Part shown: positions 37,593 through 49,561 of the stretch, piece by piece
Numbering within the stretch: position 1 is the first letter of the stretch
How the letters are laid out: each line of letters opens with the position of its first letter
NCBI GenBank assembly: GCA_051294905.1
Contig: CM119371.1
Coordinates: 41,046,001-41,110,000 of the forward strand
Length of the DNA stretch: 64,000 bases
DNA from: Botryllus schlosseri
Taxonomy: Eukaryota
Direction: 5' to 3'
Notes under the pieces: model-generated
The model's input: the letters and a program-made list of their open reading frames with translations, nothing else
What the model was told of the DNA's origin: nothing
The model's database searches: none
Position numbers and translations under genes: made by a program

Positions 37593-38874
37593 CCGTAAAC
37601 CGGGGTAACATTGGACAATTCTCAACAATTCCGCTTTGTATCTTGGAAATGCTAGGGTGTATGGGAGGCAAGTTTTGTGTTTTTTTGGAGTCATGGAGCA
37701 AAGATTAGAATTAACTAATCCAAAATCTTCATGGTCATAAATAAGTACCTTATTTTTGTAAATTATCCGTGTCCAAACTTTGGACAATGTAGTTTTTTGT
37801 ATGCCTTTACCCTCTATTGTTTATGAAACCTCGTAAATGAGGCTTATTTGGTAAGAGTTGATGAGAGCAGTGACTAAAACTGAAACAAAATAGTATATGT
37901 CTGGCCTATTGCATGATTTTTACCTACCCCCCCCCCCCCCCGCCCCCCCAAAAAAAATCAGGTAGTTTATGAAGGCTAATGCCCCCTTATTCCTCCCTTT
38001 ACTCAATTTTCCCTCATGCCTTCACCAGTTAGGACTTATATAATAACGTATGGTGACAATGGGGTATCCCACTGGCAGTGTCAGCAATCGTCAGCAAACA
38101 TTAAGTATGTTAGCGTGATTTATTGCCGATTTCGAATATATTACTGTTCTAGAAAAGATATATTTTCCCTTTCCTATGTCCTCTGATGGATATATTTGTC
38201 GTAATTTACGATATCCCATATTCAGCAGGCGCATCTTTAGGAGTATGTGATCAGTTTTTCAAGTAGCTTACACCCGTTTATAATCTCTCAGCTCATTGCC
38301 TACCCATTTTTTCATATTTTGGCAAACTCTTAATTTATTAACCTTCTCATTCCATTTTAAGAAGCCATCAGACCGGTTATAAGGAATATAGTTGACGATA
38401 CCCTTTGACACAGATGAAGTAGCCTATTTCCAGAGCTCTAAATATCACATTTTTCACTGTCCAAAGTTGCCCCTTTCTGATAAAATTTGACGGGGTAACT
38501 TTGGACATCACATTTTCTTGTATTGATCTAAGAGTGAGCCCACTGAGATTTTGGCCATGGATTAAGACTACTTAGAGGTATCTGCTGCCAAGCTTTGAAT
38601 CTATGAATCACATGCTATCTATGTTTGGCTGTAAGAAGTTTATTGGCCATCAATTTTGACGAAATTGACCCCCTCCATTAATTTATCGATGTTGGGTCAA
38701 GTTTATCTGGTAGTGAAATGAATCCACCTTTTATATAGACTACTTGTAGTACTGTTGCCTCATGACAAAGAATTGGACATCCAGCGGCAACCCTTTTTCA
38801 TCAATAACCATTTAAATCTTTTACTGCTTAGTGTCCAAAGTTACCCTTAAGTCCAAAGTTACCCCGGTTTACGG
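37593..38874 (-). mobile_element. pogo-like (Tc1/mariner) deletion derivative
   Basis: TIR CCGTAAACCGGGGTAAC(A/T)TTGGAC flanked by TA. Decayed psq-HTH-like peptide (A.AEYGIS..T....RG) on - at about 38165-38240. Confidence 0.8.
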
Positions 38875-40105
38875 TACTCAAAAAATAACAATTCATTCCC
38901 AGCTCTGAAAATTTTTCAATATGCACTCCCAGCAACTATTCATAACATTGCGACTCGCGATTTCGGTGCGTACAATAGGCTGTTGTGAAAAGTAGAATGG
39001 TTCGGAGTTCACCGGGAATGGATATGGACAGTTTAGCATAGGTATTTTGCGTCCAAATCATTCATTGCGGCTATGCCCTGGAATGTGGCCTTAGGCTACA
39101 TAAGTAATCGAAATGCGGCCATGATTAGCAGGTTGATGTGCTCTTTTTCACATGACGATAAATCTAAGGGGATTCAGATGAGGAGCAATTTTTTTGACCA
39201 TCGCCAAGGAGGGCGCGTGTAAAAAAAGGTTGAGAACCGCTGATCTAAACTGAATGTAACGGTTCCACACTGGCTTTTTTGCCTCTGTGGCCAGCTAATT
39301 TTTGGTCCATTTTTCCATAAAACTCTGAACTCAGTGTTCACTTTTTGCTTTCTCAAAATTGGGTGTCAATGTCACCGTCTCATAGTCGGGGGGGTTATAA
39401 TGTGGACTACGACAATGCTCGACATTTACTGACTTTAGGAATATTTAATGGAAGTGTATTCCCTGCAAAATATCTCATCATTTTTGACAAATGTGTTGGA
39501 TAACATTCAGAATTGCTTCGTGGGCCGGATTAAATCGTCTTGTTGACCGGATGCGGCCCAGGCCGAATGTGTGACACCCCCGTTATACTTGGTGAAATTA
39601 CTGACCTGCATCCGGCTGCATTTTTGTAACTAACCGGAAATAACTAATGACACCGCAATTAGATACATTTTCCGAAAATACGTTCCGATATGGTGATGAA
39701 TGGGCTATTTCACCCAGTAATTAGTACAATTTTACACGGTGGGCACATACCGAAACTACGTTCCACTTTGTAATATCCAGAATCTGAAAAGTAGGTATTT
39801 TAGCTTAATACACAGTCAAGTAGAGGTAATCGATAACACAACTCCTTGAGTAAACAGCGTGAGGAGATGAAACCTGGTTGAGTACTGTGAAAAATAGGAG
39901 TACTTCGTGTGTGACCAATGGCCATCTCCGCTTGCATGCTTTTTCAGTCAGTTTCTTACTGTATATATGTGTGTGATTAATTCAGTTGCTGTAATAACAA
40001 TATTACTGTCTTGACAGGTGCTATAATCGAACCTATGCAACCTAATAGCTCTGTTGCAGAAGATTTGGTAGACACTGAATTTCAAGGCTACAACTCAATT
40101 TTACG

Positions 40106-40555
40106 ATGAGTTACATTCGTCGGGCGTTTGCGGATATCGAATGTCCAGTTTGCGGCAAGAACTACAAAGGAAATTACATAGACACACATGTACGCAACCA
40201 CTACGACATCAAGCCTCACGCTTGCTACATTTGCGGCAAAGGCTTGACCACCAAGGCAAGTCTGGAGCATCACGTCCTCACTCACACGAAGCGTTCTAAA
40301 AGAAAGACGTACAGTTGTGAGCATTGCAACAAATCGCTATACACGAAGAAGGGTCTCGAAAGCCATTTGAAATCTCATTTCAGTGGGAGACAATACAAGT
40401 GCGATATTTGTGGCAAGGAATTTGTTACAAAATCGTATCTGGTTAAACATATCGACATTCACAATCCTGTTCCTAGTTTTCAATGTGAGATCTGTGGAAA
40501 GAGCTACAATACAAACTCAATCTTGCAGAGCCATATTAAAAATCATTTTAAATAG
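40106..40555 (+). CDS. Small C2H2 zinc-finger protein, 5 fingers ('ZF-B')
   Basis: 149-aa ORF MSYIRRAFADIECPVCGK...; acceptor TCTTGACAG at 40017. Confidence 0.85.
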   Translation: MSYIRRAFADIECPVCGKNYKGNYIDTHVRNHYDIKPHACYICGKGLTTKASLEHHVLTHTKRSKRKTYSCEHCNKSLYTKKGLESHLKSHFSGRQYKCDICGKEFVTKSYLVKHIDIHNPVPSFQCEICGKSYNTNSILQSHIKNHFK

Positions 40556-43130
40556 TCAGAAACGTCGGCTGTATGGGCCAGTGTGGAGTAAGTGTCCGTG
40601 GCTGTCTTTTTCATTGATTTTTTCGACTATTGCACCTGGCGAAGTAGCTTGCACTGACTTTCAGACCAGTAGTTTGACCTGGCGGATCGGTCAAACTTCA
40701 AAACAAATGCTGTGGATCAGCGAACCTACAAATCCAATATTCACCCTAAATTTAATTACGACAAATGTATGATATTGGAACCTTCATTTGAAGCTGCTTT
40801 TTTATAGTAGATAATTATACGTAGTCTTTCAAGTTTCTGAAAGACAGAGCTCGTGAAGTACCATTAAAGACCACCAACGTGATTGTGGGTGTTTGATATC
40901 CTTTGAAAGAAATGTGACTTAGAGATCTATTGTACTGCCAATTTTCGCTTAATTGGCGCTGTCAGAATTTAACGAAGTTTGTTTACGTTTTTTTCGTAGC
41001 TTTCACATATAACTTGTCTCAAATTCGTACAACGCTTCTCCTTACAACACTTGCACATCGTGACGCACGCTTGAAGTACCATAGACCTTGCACGCTCTAC
41101 TACGATAACATGGAAAAATTATGTTCCTTAATTCTAAACTAGTGGTTCTCAGACTGGAAGGCGTAAAAGCATCTGAAAGGAGAGTAGTGATCAATGGAAA
41201 ATCTGTTCTTTTTACCTGTATAGTCCGAATTTCCTATTTGAGAATTGTCTCATCAACAGTTGAAACCTTCCATGCCATCATACTATTTGTTGGGATTGCT
41301 GGCATTCTGGTTGCATTTTGTGATGTGACGATAAGGGGGCGCAAAATTTTTTGCTGTCATCAAGGTGGACATGTCCAAACAAGTATGAGAACCAGTGTTA
41401 AACCAATATAAAATTGATGTTCTATTTTTTAAATTATTGGACAATAGTCCAATATATAGCCAATAGATATATAAAAGCATCCTTGATCCGGGGACTATCA
41501 ACGAAAAACTCAAATAGTTCCCCTTCTACTAGCCGGAATTGACTCAAATTTGTTTCGCATCGTCTTTGAAGACAGCCCAACAATTTCATGGGGTTGACAG
41601 AAAAATTTGAGAACTCTTGATTTTAATTTTTATTGATAAATTAAAAATTTCAATTTAAGATTACACGGCCTTTACTGGTTGGAATTGAGTCAAATTTGGT
41701 GTGCATCGTTTTCTTGGACAACCTGACGATTTAGTCGCTAAACGAGTGAGATTTGTAAAAAAAAAGTTGTTTTTGAACAACCCTACTGAGCAGTGTTGTA
41801 ATGACCCGAGTCATGACTCTACTCGAGTCACCATTTTTTTGAGACTCGAGCTATTTTTTCAAATGTGCCCGACTCGAGACTAAACGACGGCGAAAACAGA
41901 TGTTTCATTGTAACTTTGAAGAATAGTAAAGTTATTATTGGTATTTTGTCTATCAGTCCTGATACTTGGAAAATAGGGTCAGAAACTGTTGAGACTGAAG
42001 AAAATTTTCATTATATCAGTCGATAAGAGTTGGAAAAGTGGATTGAACCGAAAACTAAACAGTGAACATAATGAATTGGACTCGGACTCGAGTCAAACCG
42101 CTATGACTCATACTTGACTAAGTGGTAAATTGAAAATGACTCGACTTGACTCTGTTTAAAATTATAAAAGTCAGATTGCCTTGTGACTTGGTTACAACCC
42201 TGGACCTGAGCGCCCGTAGGATGATCAGCTCAATACCATTTAGAGGCGAAAGACCTCTGATTCCTCTTTTTCGACGTCCACCACCCAGTCCGCCATGAAT
42301 CTCTATACGATTCACAAAAATATGACATCCTTATATAACGAACTAAGTCAGGTAATATGCGATTCATGAACGCACCGAAGCACCTGCGAACACCTTCTAT
42401 GGACTTTCTACGCATTTATATGCTAGTCGTAACCACCCGGGAAGCGCAAAGAATACTTGAAGCCAATGAATGATATGAACAATAATATTGGGACTTCTGT
42501 GCATGAATATCATTTTTTAACTTCACTTAGCCGTTGTGACCATAGATCCGATTATTTCAATAATCTAGCACCCGTAGGCTACATTCTGAGGATTTTTCAA
42601 GCCACTAGCAATACTATTATGATGGAATGCCGATGCATTATAATCATGTACCAGTAGGTTGCACAATGCACACCCCAATACATAGGCAATTGTGCATGTA
42701 GTTGAAATCATGTTGGTATTGTTTTATCAAGTGTGCAGTATCCATATTAACATTAAAACGAATAGTGCCATTGAATCGTGCGCAGTGTGAAGAAAATTTT
42801 GAGTTGAATAAGTTTGCCCCAAAATTCAAGTTTATGTCGATTTACGAAACAATTTTCGCGCCTACCTTCTCGCAACACCCCTGCGTAGTCCAATCGGAAA
42901 CCCAATGGGCCGCAGCACATGGTTGGGAACCACTGATATAGTCAGTACTTTATTTTGATATATTTATTGTCGAAACTACAATCTTGTACCCATGTTGGAT
43001 TCATTAAAATGTTCACTTTGTTTGCAGGTTACTTAACAAAGTAACGTATTGTTGGTGTAATTGAGAGTGTGATTTAGTTGCTGCTACTCGTAGGCGTCAT
43101 CTACGTCAAATATTTCCAAAAGCACACAGC

Positions 43131-43514
43131 ATGAGTCACCTTCATCGTAGCCTGCAGCCCGCCGGTTGTCCGATATGTGGGAAGAATATATTTCCTAAAT
43201 ATAACTTGAGAAATCATGTGCTCTCACACTATGGAGTGAAAAAGTACATTTGTTCCATTTGTGGTCACAAGTTTACCTCGCAACACGGTTTGGAACATCA
43301 CATGAACGGTCACAGAGAAGTCTCGGACAGAACTGGGTACGATTGTGAGGTGTGCGGAAAATGTCTTAGCACGAAAGGCGGCATGAGAGAACACATGAAG
43401 GCTCACTTGGATATGAGAGACTACAAATGTGACGTGTGTGGTAAGCAGTTCGCTAGAAGGAATAATTTGCACGGACACATGGAGACACACAGAGCTGATA
43501 GGAGTCCTGAATGA
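43131..43514 (+). CDS. Small C2H2 zinc-finger protein, 4 fingers ('ZF-C')
   Basis: 127-aa ORF MSHLHRSLQPAGCPICGK...; acceptor TTTGTTTGCAG at 43027 with an in-frame stop between acceptor and ATG. Confidence 0.85.
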   Translation: MSHLHRSLQPAGCPICGKNIFPKYNLRNHVLSHYGVKKYICSICGHKFTSQHGLEHHMNGHREVSDRTGYDCEVCGKCLSTKGGMREHMKAHLDMRDYKCDVCGKQFARRNNLHGHMETHRADRSPE

Positions 43515-43579
43515 TCAAGATCTGCCACCACACCCTGGGTTGCAGATCTGAGTGTGGTTCTTTTGGTATTCATGGAGTG

Positions 43580-44323
43580 CAGGGGTGGCCAACCTTTTTG
43601 CTATTCACGGCTGCATTTTGATTACTTGTGTAGCCTACGACTGCATTCCAGAGTATAGCCGAAACAAACTAATTGGATGCCTAATATTCATGTTGAACTG
43701 ACTGTCCGTTTTCATATCGGCTTACTACACGCACCGAAACCGTGAGTGGTCATGTTATGAACAGTAAAAAAAAATTTCAGATTCAGGAATAAATTTCCTC
43801 TTCAATCTTGGTAGTTTCACATATTGTTATAAATACCATTCTCAGTCCATGTGACCAGATTAACCGGTAGAGTTGATTGAGAGAGTGTTTTCGAAAATTT
43901 GGGCACATTATAAATGATGATGCATCTTCGGGTGGTCCAATTGTTATTATATATTCATGTCATTAGTTGTATACTGTTATCTCTTGGACCTCCCATCAGG
44001 GTTGGCGGTATAGTGGAAAGATATTGAAATCGCCCACACGTAGGCTACCAGAAACAAATCTCATTTGTCAGGATCTCGCGATTTCAAGTTGGTATGGCAA
44101 TGTGGGGCGCATCATATTTTTCTGCTCTGCGTGCCTGTACTGTTGAGCTCAGATTTTAAAGAGCGCTACCATAGCAAAACCGGCGAATGGAGTGGCAACG
44201 TACGAAGGAAATTTCAAGATGAATAAAATCTCGATAAAATTCAAGAGCCAATTTATAAATTAAATTTGCATCTCGATGGCCGCGAACACATACTTTTCTA
44301 CGACCGCAGGTTGGATACCCCTG
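43580..44323. mobile_element. hAT non-autonomous element
   Basis: TIR CAGGGGT..CCAACC; TSD ATGGAGTG/ATGAACTG. Confidence 0.7.
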
Positions 44324-46379
44324 ATGAACTGTCTCTACTACAATGATCATTTTACACCGACGCAATATCTTTTATTGTGATTCCGTACCTGCTGACTAGT
44401 GGCAGGGCTCAACTCAGGCTTTTTTAAAACCTATTTATTTGTCCGTCTAATCTTGGATTGCACGATGCATTGAATAATCAGAGTGTAAAGCTGATATGTT
44501 AGCAACGGTGTGCCTATCGAATGCAAACATGGAATGGCAACGACTGATTTTTCAGCTCCGTTCCGGTTCGCTGAAGGCTTATTCAGTCTTACTTTGCGGC
44601 TGCTACTGTGGGATTTCTTGCAATCCACAAGTTATCTTCCAGAGCGCGGAATTCATTGAATCTGGTCTTGATCGAAAGCTACTGTCGCACTGAATCCGAA
44701 AATATAAAGTAAGATATGATCAGGCGCTGAACCACGCAGAATTCGCCCTCTAAGTCTGAATTACTGGCATTGTCCGAACTATCAAAGAGCTGCAAGAGGT
44801 CATTGTTTTGCCTTCATCCCATTGTTCTTAACAATGCAGATTTTAGATGTTGAGGGAGATTTTTCATCTAGGTGCGGATCTTGACCTTATTTTCAATTAT
44901 ATTTTCGGAACAGAGCGACAGTAGCTTTCGATCAAGACCAGATTCAATTCTGCGCTCTGGAAGATAACTTTTATATTGCGAGAAATCCTACAGTCGCAGG
45001 CGCAAAATAGGACTGAATAAAGCTTCAGCAAACCGGAACGAAGCTGAAAAATACTCTTTACCTCGTAGAACATTATAAATGGGTTACTATGTTGTCAGTA
45101 TGTTATGATTTCGATTATAAGCTTCTAATAATCTCAAAGCGTTTTTTTGTACTTCTTTGGTGAAATGGGTACCGTAATTTTCCATGTATGATGCGCAACT
45201 TTTTACCGATTTTTAGCCCAAAAATAGGGGGTGCGTCTTATACATGGGTACAGCGAGCCTTGAAAAATAAATTTCTCGATCAAAAACTTGAAAGCACACC
45301 TTTCTTCATGTTTGTTTAAATCACGCATCACCTCTAGCCATTGGGCCCCGAAATTCGTATTATAGAGTGTAACACGCTGCCAAATAGAGATGCGTGTTGC
45401 CAATTACCGAAAAGCGTGTTTCTAATTAACGAGAGTCGTGTGCAAAGCACGCGATCTCTTGCTGAGTTGGTTTGCAGTTTGTACGCGAGCGAAATCAGGG
45501 CGTTGATTGCAACAAGCGTGCGCAGCAGTCCTCGTTGATTCACCGCGTCAACGACAGGCCTAATCAATCACATATACAAGAGGCCATGTGCGCAAGATAT
45601 AATCGCTTGCGTAATCAGTCGCATCTCCAACAGGACTGGTGCGCCCGACATAACCGTTGGCCTGAGCAATCGCATCTGTAATTGTAATAGGTCACGTGCG
45701 CAAGATGTCGTGTGTCGCTAGCCTGAACTATCGTGTCGCCGACCTCACAGGCTTTGGCTACTATCTACTTTCGTTTAGAGAGAATGTCGTTAATTGTTTT
45801 ATGATTAGCGATCATTATGTCATGATTGCTCGACAGTGACATCGCAAAACAGAACAACATCGAATACTAAACCGCAACTTCATGTACTCATGTACTGCGA
45901 ATGCAGGGTGCGTACTATACATGGGTACAGGCTTTTTTCCAGAATATACACATCATTTTGGGGGCGCACTTTATTCGGAAAATTATTGTAATCATAATTT
46001 TGAAGCATTTTTTTCTTTTAGTGACTGTATTGGTAAAAAATTCATTTCATATATATCACAATACCTCTGGATACCAGGCAATTGTGAAGATCCAGTCACA
46101 TGAATAAGCCTTGCTTCTTGTTCCACATGTACTGATCTGCTATGTTTCTACATTGCTAGTTGATAGAATCTTCCCACTGTAAATCAGATCAGATGTTGTA
46201 CATACATTGAACTATTTTTTTTTATAATTACTAGAGTTGGAAATATTTGCCTACATAGTTTGTGGAAAATATTACTTGAACTTTGAACTGGAATACTTGA
46301 GAGCTCGTATGTTATCGCCACTGTCACTGATATAAGCGTGCGTTGTGTTGACCTGCGATGATCGGTATCACGAAAAAAG

Positions 46380-47263
46380 AGACATGGAGTCAAATACAGT
46401 AGCTAACAATCAGATATTAAAGATCTTCGGTGCGATGTTTCCAAGAAAGAGTTTTCACAAGGCGTGGACCCGAAGCATCATTCATACGACCATGTGCATG
46501 CTGGCATAGGAAATCATAATTACGATTGTGGGAAAATATTTACTGGGACGGATTGCCTCGAGCGTCACATGAATACAGATACTGGCATCGAAAAGCATAT
46601 ATGTGAAAAAGCATTTCTTACAAAATTATTGCCTCAAGCTTCATTTGGATATGCATAATGGCATCAAAAATCATACATGTGTCATATGTGGTAAAGCTTT
46701 TACCCAGAAGGATGGCCTCAAACACCATGCATATGCATGCTGGCATAAAAATCATGAATGCAATGTATATGGAAAAGCTTTTACTCAGAAGAGTCACCTC
46801 AAGGTTCATATCGATACACATGCTGGTATAAGAAATAATGAATTTGATATATGTGGGAAAACATTTACTCGAAATGCTGACCTCAACCATCATGAATATT
46901 CATTTTGATATCAAAGATCATATATGTGGGCGAGCATTCACTAAGAAGAATCCACTCAAGCCTCATATGAACATGCATATTGGTGTCGAAAACCACATAT
47001 GTGATGTATGTGGAAAATCATTTACTCTGAAGAGTGGGAGCAGAAGGCATATGTATAATCATGCTAGCATTAGAAATTACGAATGTGAGCTCAGTGGTAA
47101 AATATTACAAAGCGTGCTGGGATTCAAGATTCATATGAAAATCCATGTTGGGTTGAGCGATCATCAATGCGAGATTTGTGGGATGTCATTTGTTAACAGG
47201 AGTATATTGAAAAGACATCGACCGATTCACATTGTTGCTCACAATGTTGCGGTTAAGGTGTGA
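46380..47263 (+). pseudogene. C2H2 zinc-finger pseudogene (HxGIKNH linker type)
   Basis: Finger fragments split over three frames (ORFs 46464, 46603, 46838); many Cys/His losses. Confidence 0.85.
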
Positions 47264-47714
47264 TTGCTTGAAATCATTTACAATGTAAAAAGTCGTAGAA
47301 ACTTCACAGTGAATTGATATGGGGAATGCGGCTTCTCATTGTGTTCGTGAGATCCTATTGCTTTTAAAGGTGAGGAGAAGGTGACTATGATGTCTTATTT
47401 AGACTCTCAATATGATTCTTGTTCGCATTGTCACAGTTACCACTCCTAAATTCCGATTGTGACCTCATTAAAGGATGATGTTTGTGAAAGTGTTTTAGTA
47501 CTCGGTAATATCTGTCTACAAAAATTACGATTTCTCGTATTCCAATTATGAACAAACTGTATTTGCAATTGTTATAGTGCAGCAATATGATCATATGTAA
47601 CATAATGTGTTGGTGACCGTGCATTATCTCGTTGTAATTTCAATGTGATCAGATGTGATACTGACAATGTATTATTGTATTGACAGGAGTTATAATTAAG
47701 TCTGGTAAACTTGT

Positions 47715-48582
47715 ATGCAACACCGCAGCAGGTCTAATATAACTTATAGACGCTCAAATTCCACGCAAAAACTCGAGTCCCAGATGAGCTATATTCGCCG
47801 GGCCTTTGCAGACTTCGAATGTCCAATATGTGGCAAGAGCTACAAAGGAAATTACATAAAGACCCATGTGTACAAACACTATGGAGTAAAAAAGTACAGT
47901 TGTTTCATTTTCGGTTGCAAGTTTACGGTAAAACATAATTTGGAATATCACATGAATGTTCAAAGGTCATAGAGAACTTTCGGATAGAGAGACGTATGAA
48001 TGTGAGGTATGTGGGAAATGTCTACATTCCAAAACTGGCCTGGGTAGACATATGAAGTCGCACGTGGGTATAAATGTCACAGAGTGGAATAGTGACAGAG
48101 AACTAGCAGATAGAAATAGGTACGTTTGTGAGGTATGCGGAAAATGTCTACATACGAACTCCGGCATGCACAAACACGTGAAGTCGCACTACAGAGTAGA
48201 AAAGTACAGTTGTTTCATTTGTGGTAGCAAGTTTACCACAAAAAAGGATTTTGATCATCACATGGGTGGTCATAGAGAGCTTTCGGAGAGAGAGACGTAT
48301 GAATTTGAGATATGTGGATAATGTCTACGTTCGAAAACCGGTCTGGGCAGGCATGTGAAGTCGCACGTGGGCATAAAAGTCACGGAGTGGAATGGTCACT
48401 GAGGACTTTCAGATGGAAATATGTACGCTTGTGAGCTGTGCGGAAAATGTCTAGGCACAGAGAGCGGCATGAGATTGCACATCAAGTCTCATTCGGGTAT
48501 AAAAGACTACGAATGTGATATCTGTGGCAAGAAGTTCGTGGTCAGGTCTCGATTATATAGACACATGGAGACACACAGCTAA
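47715..48582 (+). pseudogene. Chimeric ZF-B/ZF-C zinc-finger pseudogene with internal duplication
   Basis: 5' part matches ZF-B (MSYIRRAFADFECPICGKSYKGNYI), the rest matches ZF-C. 7-nt insertion frameshift near 47958; premature TAA at 48319 and TGA at 48400. Confidence 0.85.
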
Positions 48583-49018
48583 TAACAGTAATGAATGATC
48601 ATAATCTGGGACTTGAATACAATCGATTCGCGTGTAACAGGAGGTGTTGAAATTAGTCTACAGTGAAACATGCAACTCAGATTGTGAAATGGTGCTGCAT
48701 CTGTTTATGGGCTTCTATCTGACAATGAACACAAGTATTGTCTTGTGAGCCATAGTTCTTTCGTTTTACTAAAAAATACGCTACAGTGTCACGCCTTCCG
48801 AATTGTGCCTTAAAATCAAAGAAACACCGACAATTTGTGTGCTATATTTTTGCTTTTAACCGGATTTTCAATGGTGCTCCCATGCAAGCGGCAATGTATG
48901 ATGAATATAATCCATTTAAGACAGCCTATTCTTGATCTGGGTATCTTTGTGGTGCCAACTACAATCTGTACACTGTGTCTGGTATTCTTGAGTAATCCGC
49001 CTGCTGTTCACCCTTCAT

Positions 49019-49093
49019 TGTGATATGTGTGGTAAAAAATTTACTTGGAAGAATCTCCTTAGCTTCATATTGATACGTATGCTGGTATCAAAA
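49019..49093 (+). pseudogene. Single-finger remnant of HxGIKNH-type zinc-finger gene
   Basis: CDMCGKKFTWKNLL...HIDTYAGIKIYE with frameshift. Confidence 0.6.
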
Positions 49094-49561
49094 TATATGA
49101 AGTGACAAATGTAAGAATATAATGGTTGATTGTTGAGTCAACTTGAACATAGGAATGTTCATTATTCATACTCGTGTGCATTGTGCAACCATGAATTTAA
49201 ATTTGGTGACAAAAATGAGGAATAAAACTCGATTTCGGTAACCTTAGTTCATCAACTCATTGCTATTGAACGCTCTTCAAGAATATATCAAAAATAATAT
49301 ACTAGGCGGGATCCGATTTTTCTACACAATCGAGACTGGTCGTCATATTTGAAATAATATGACTAGCAGCGCTCACATCTACAATCCTTTCAGCTGGTTT
49401 TGTACGGAATAACTGTTGTTTCTATATTTCCGACATGGTGGATATATACCATTTCAAGTACAATAACCCTGCTGGTTAATCCTTTGGAAATCTCTATAGA
49501 GTTTTGGTGCTAAAAATGTTTCGCTTGCATGCTTCGCCTTTTAAATGGTGTTGATGTAGTG

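Larger units (their letters stand above)
36582..39242. mobile_element. hAT element hosting a Penelope-like fragment and a pogo element
   Basis: TIR CAG(G/C)GGTTCTCAACC, perfect TSD ATCTAAAC. Confidence 0.88.

Noticed and set aside
39865..39935. Weak 5S rRNA-like words (CCTGGTT.AGTACT)
   Set aside because: Too short and divergent to support a 5S gene or SINE.
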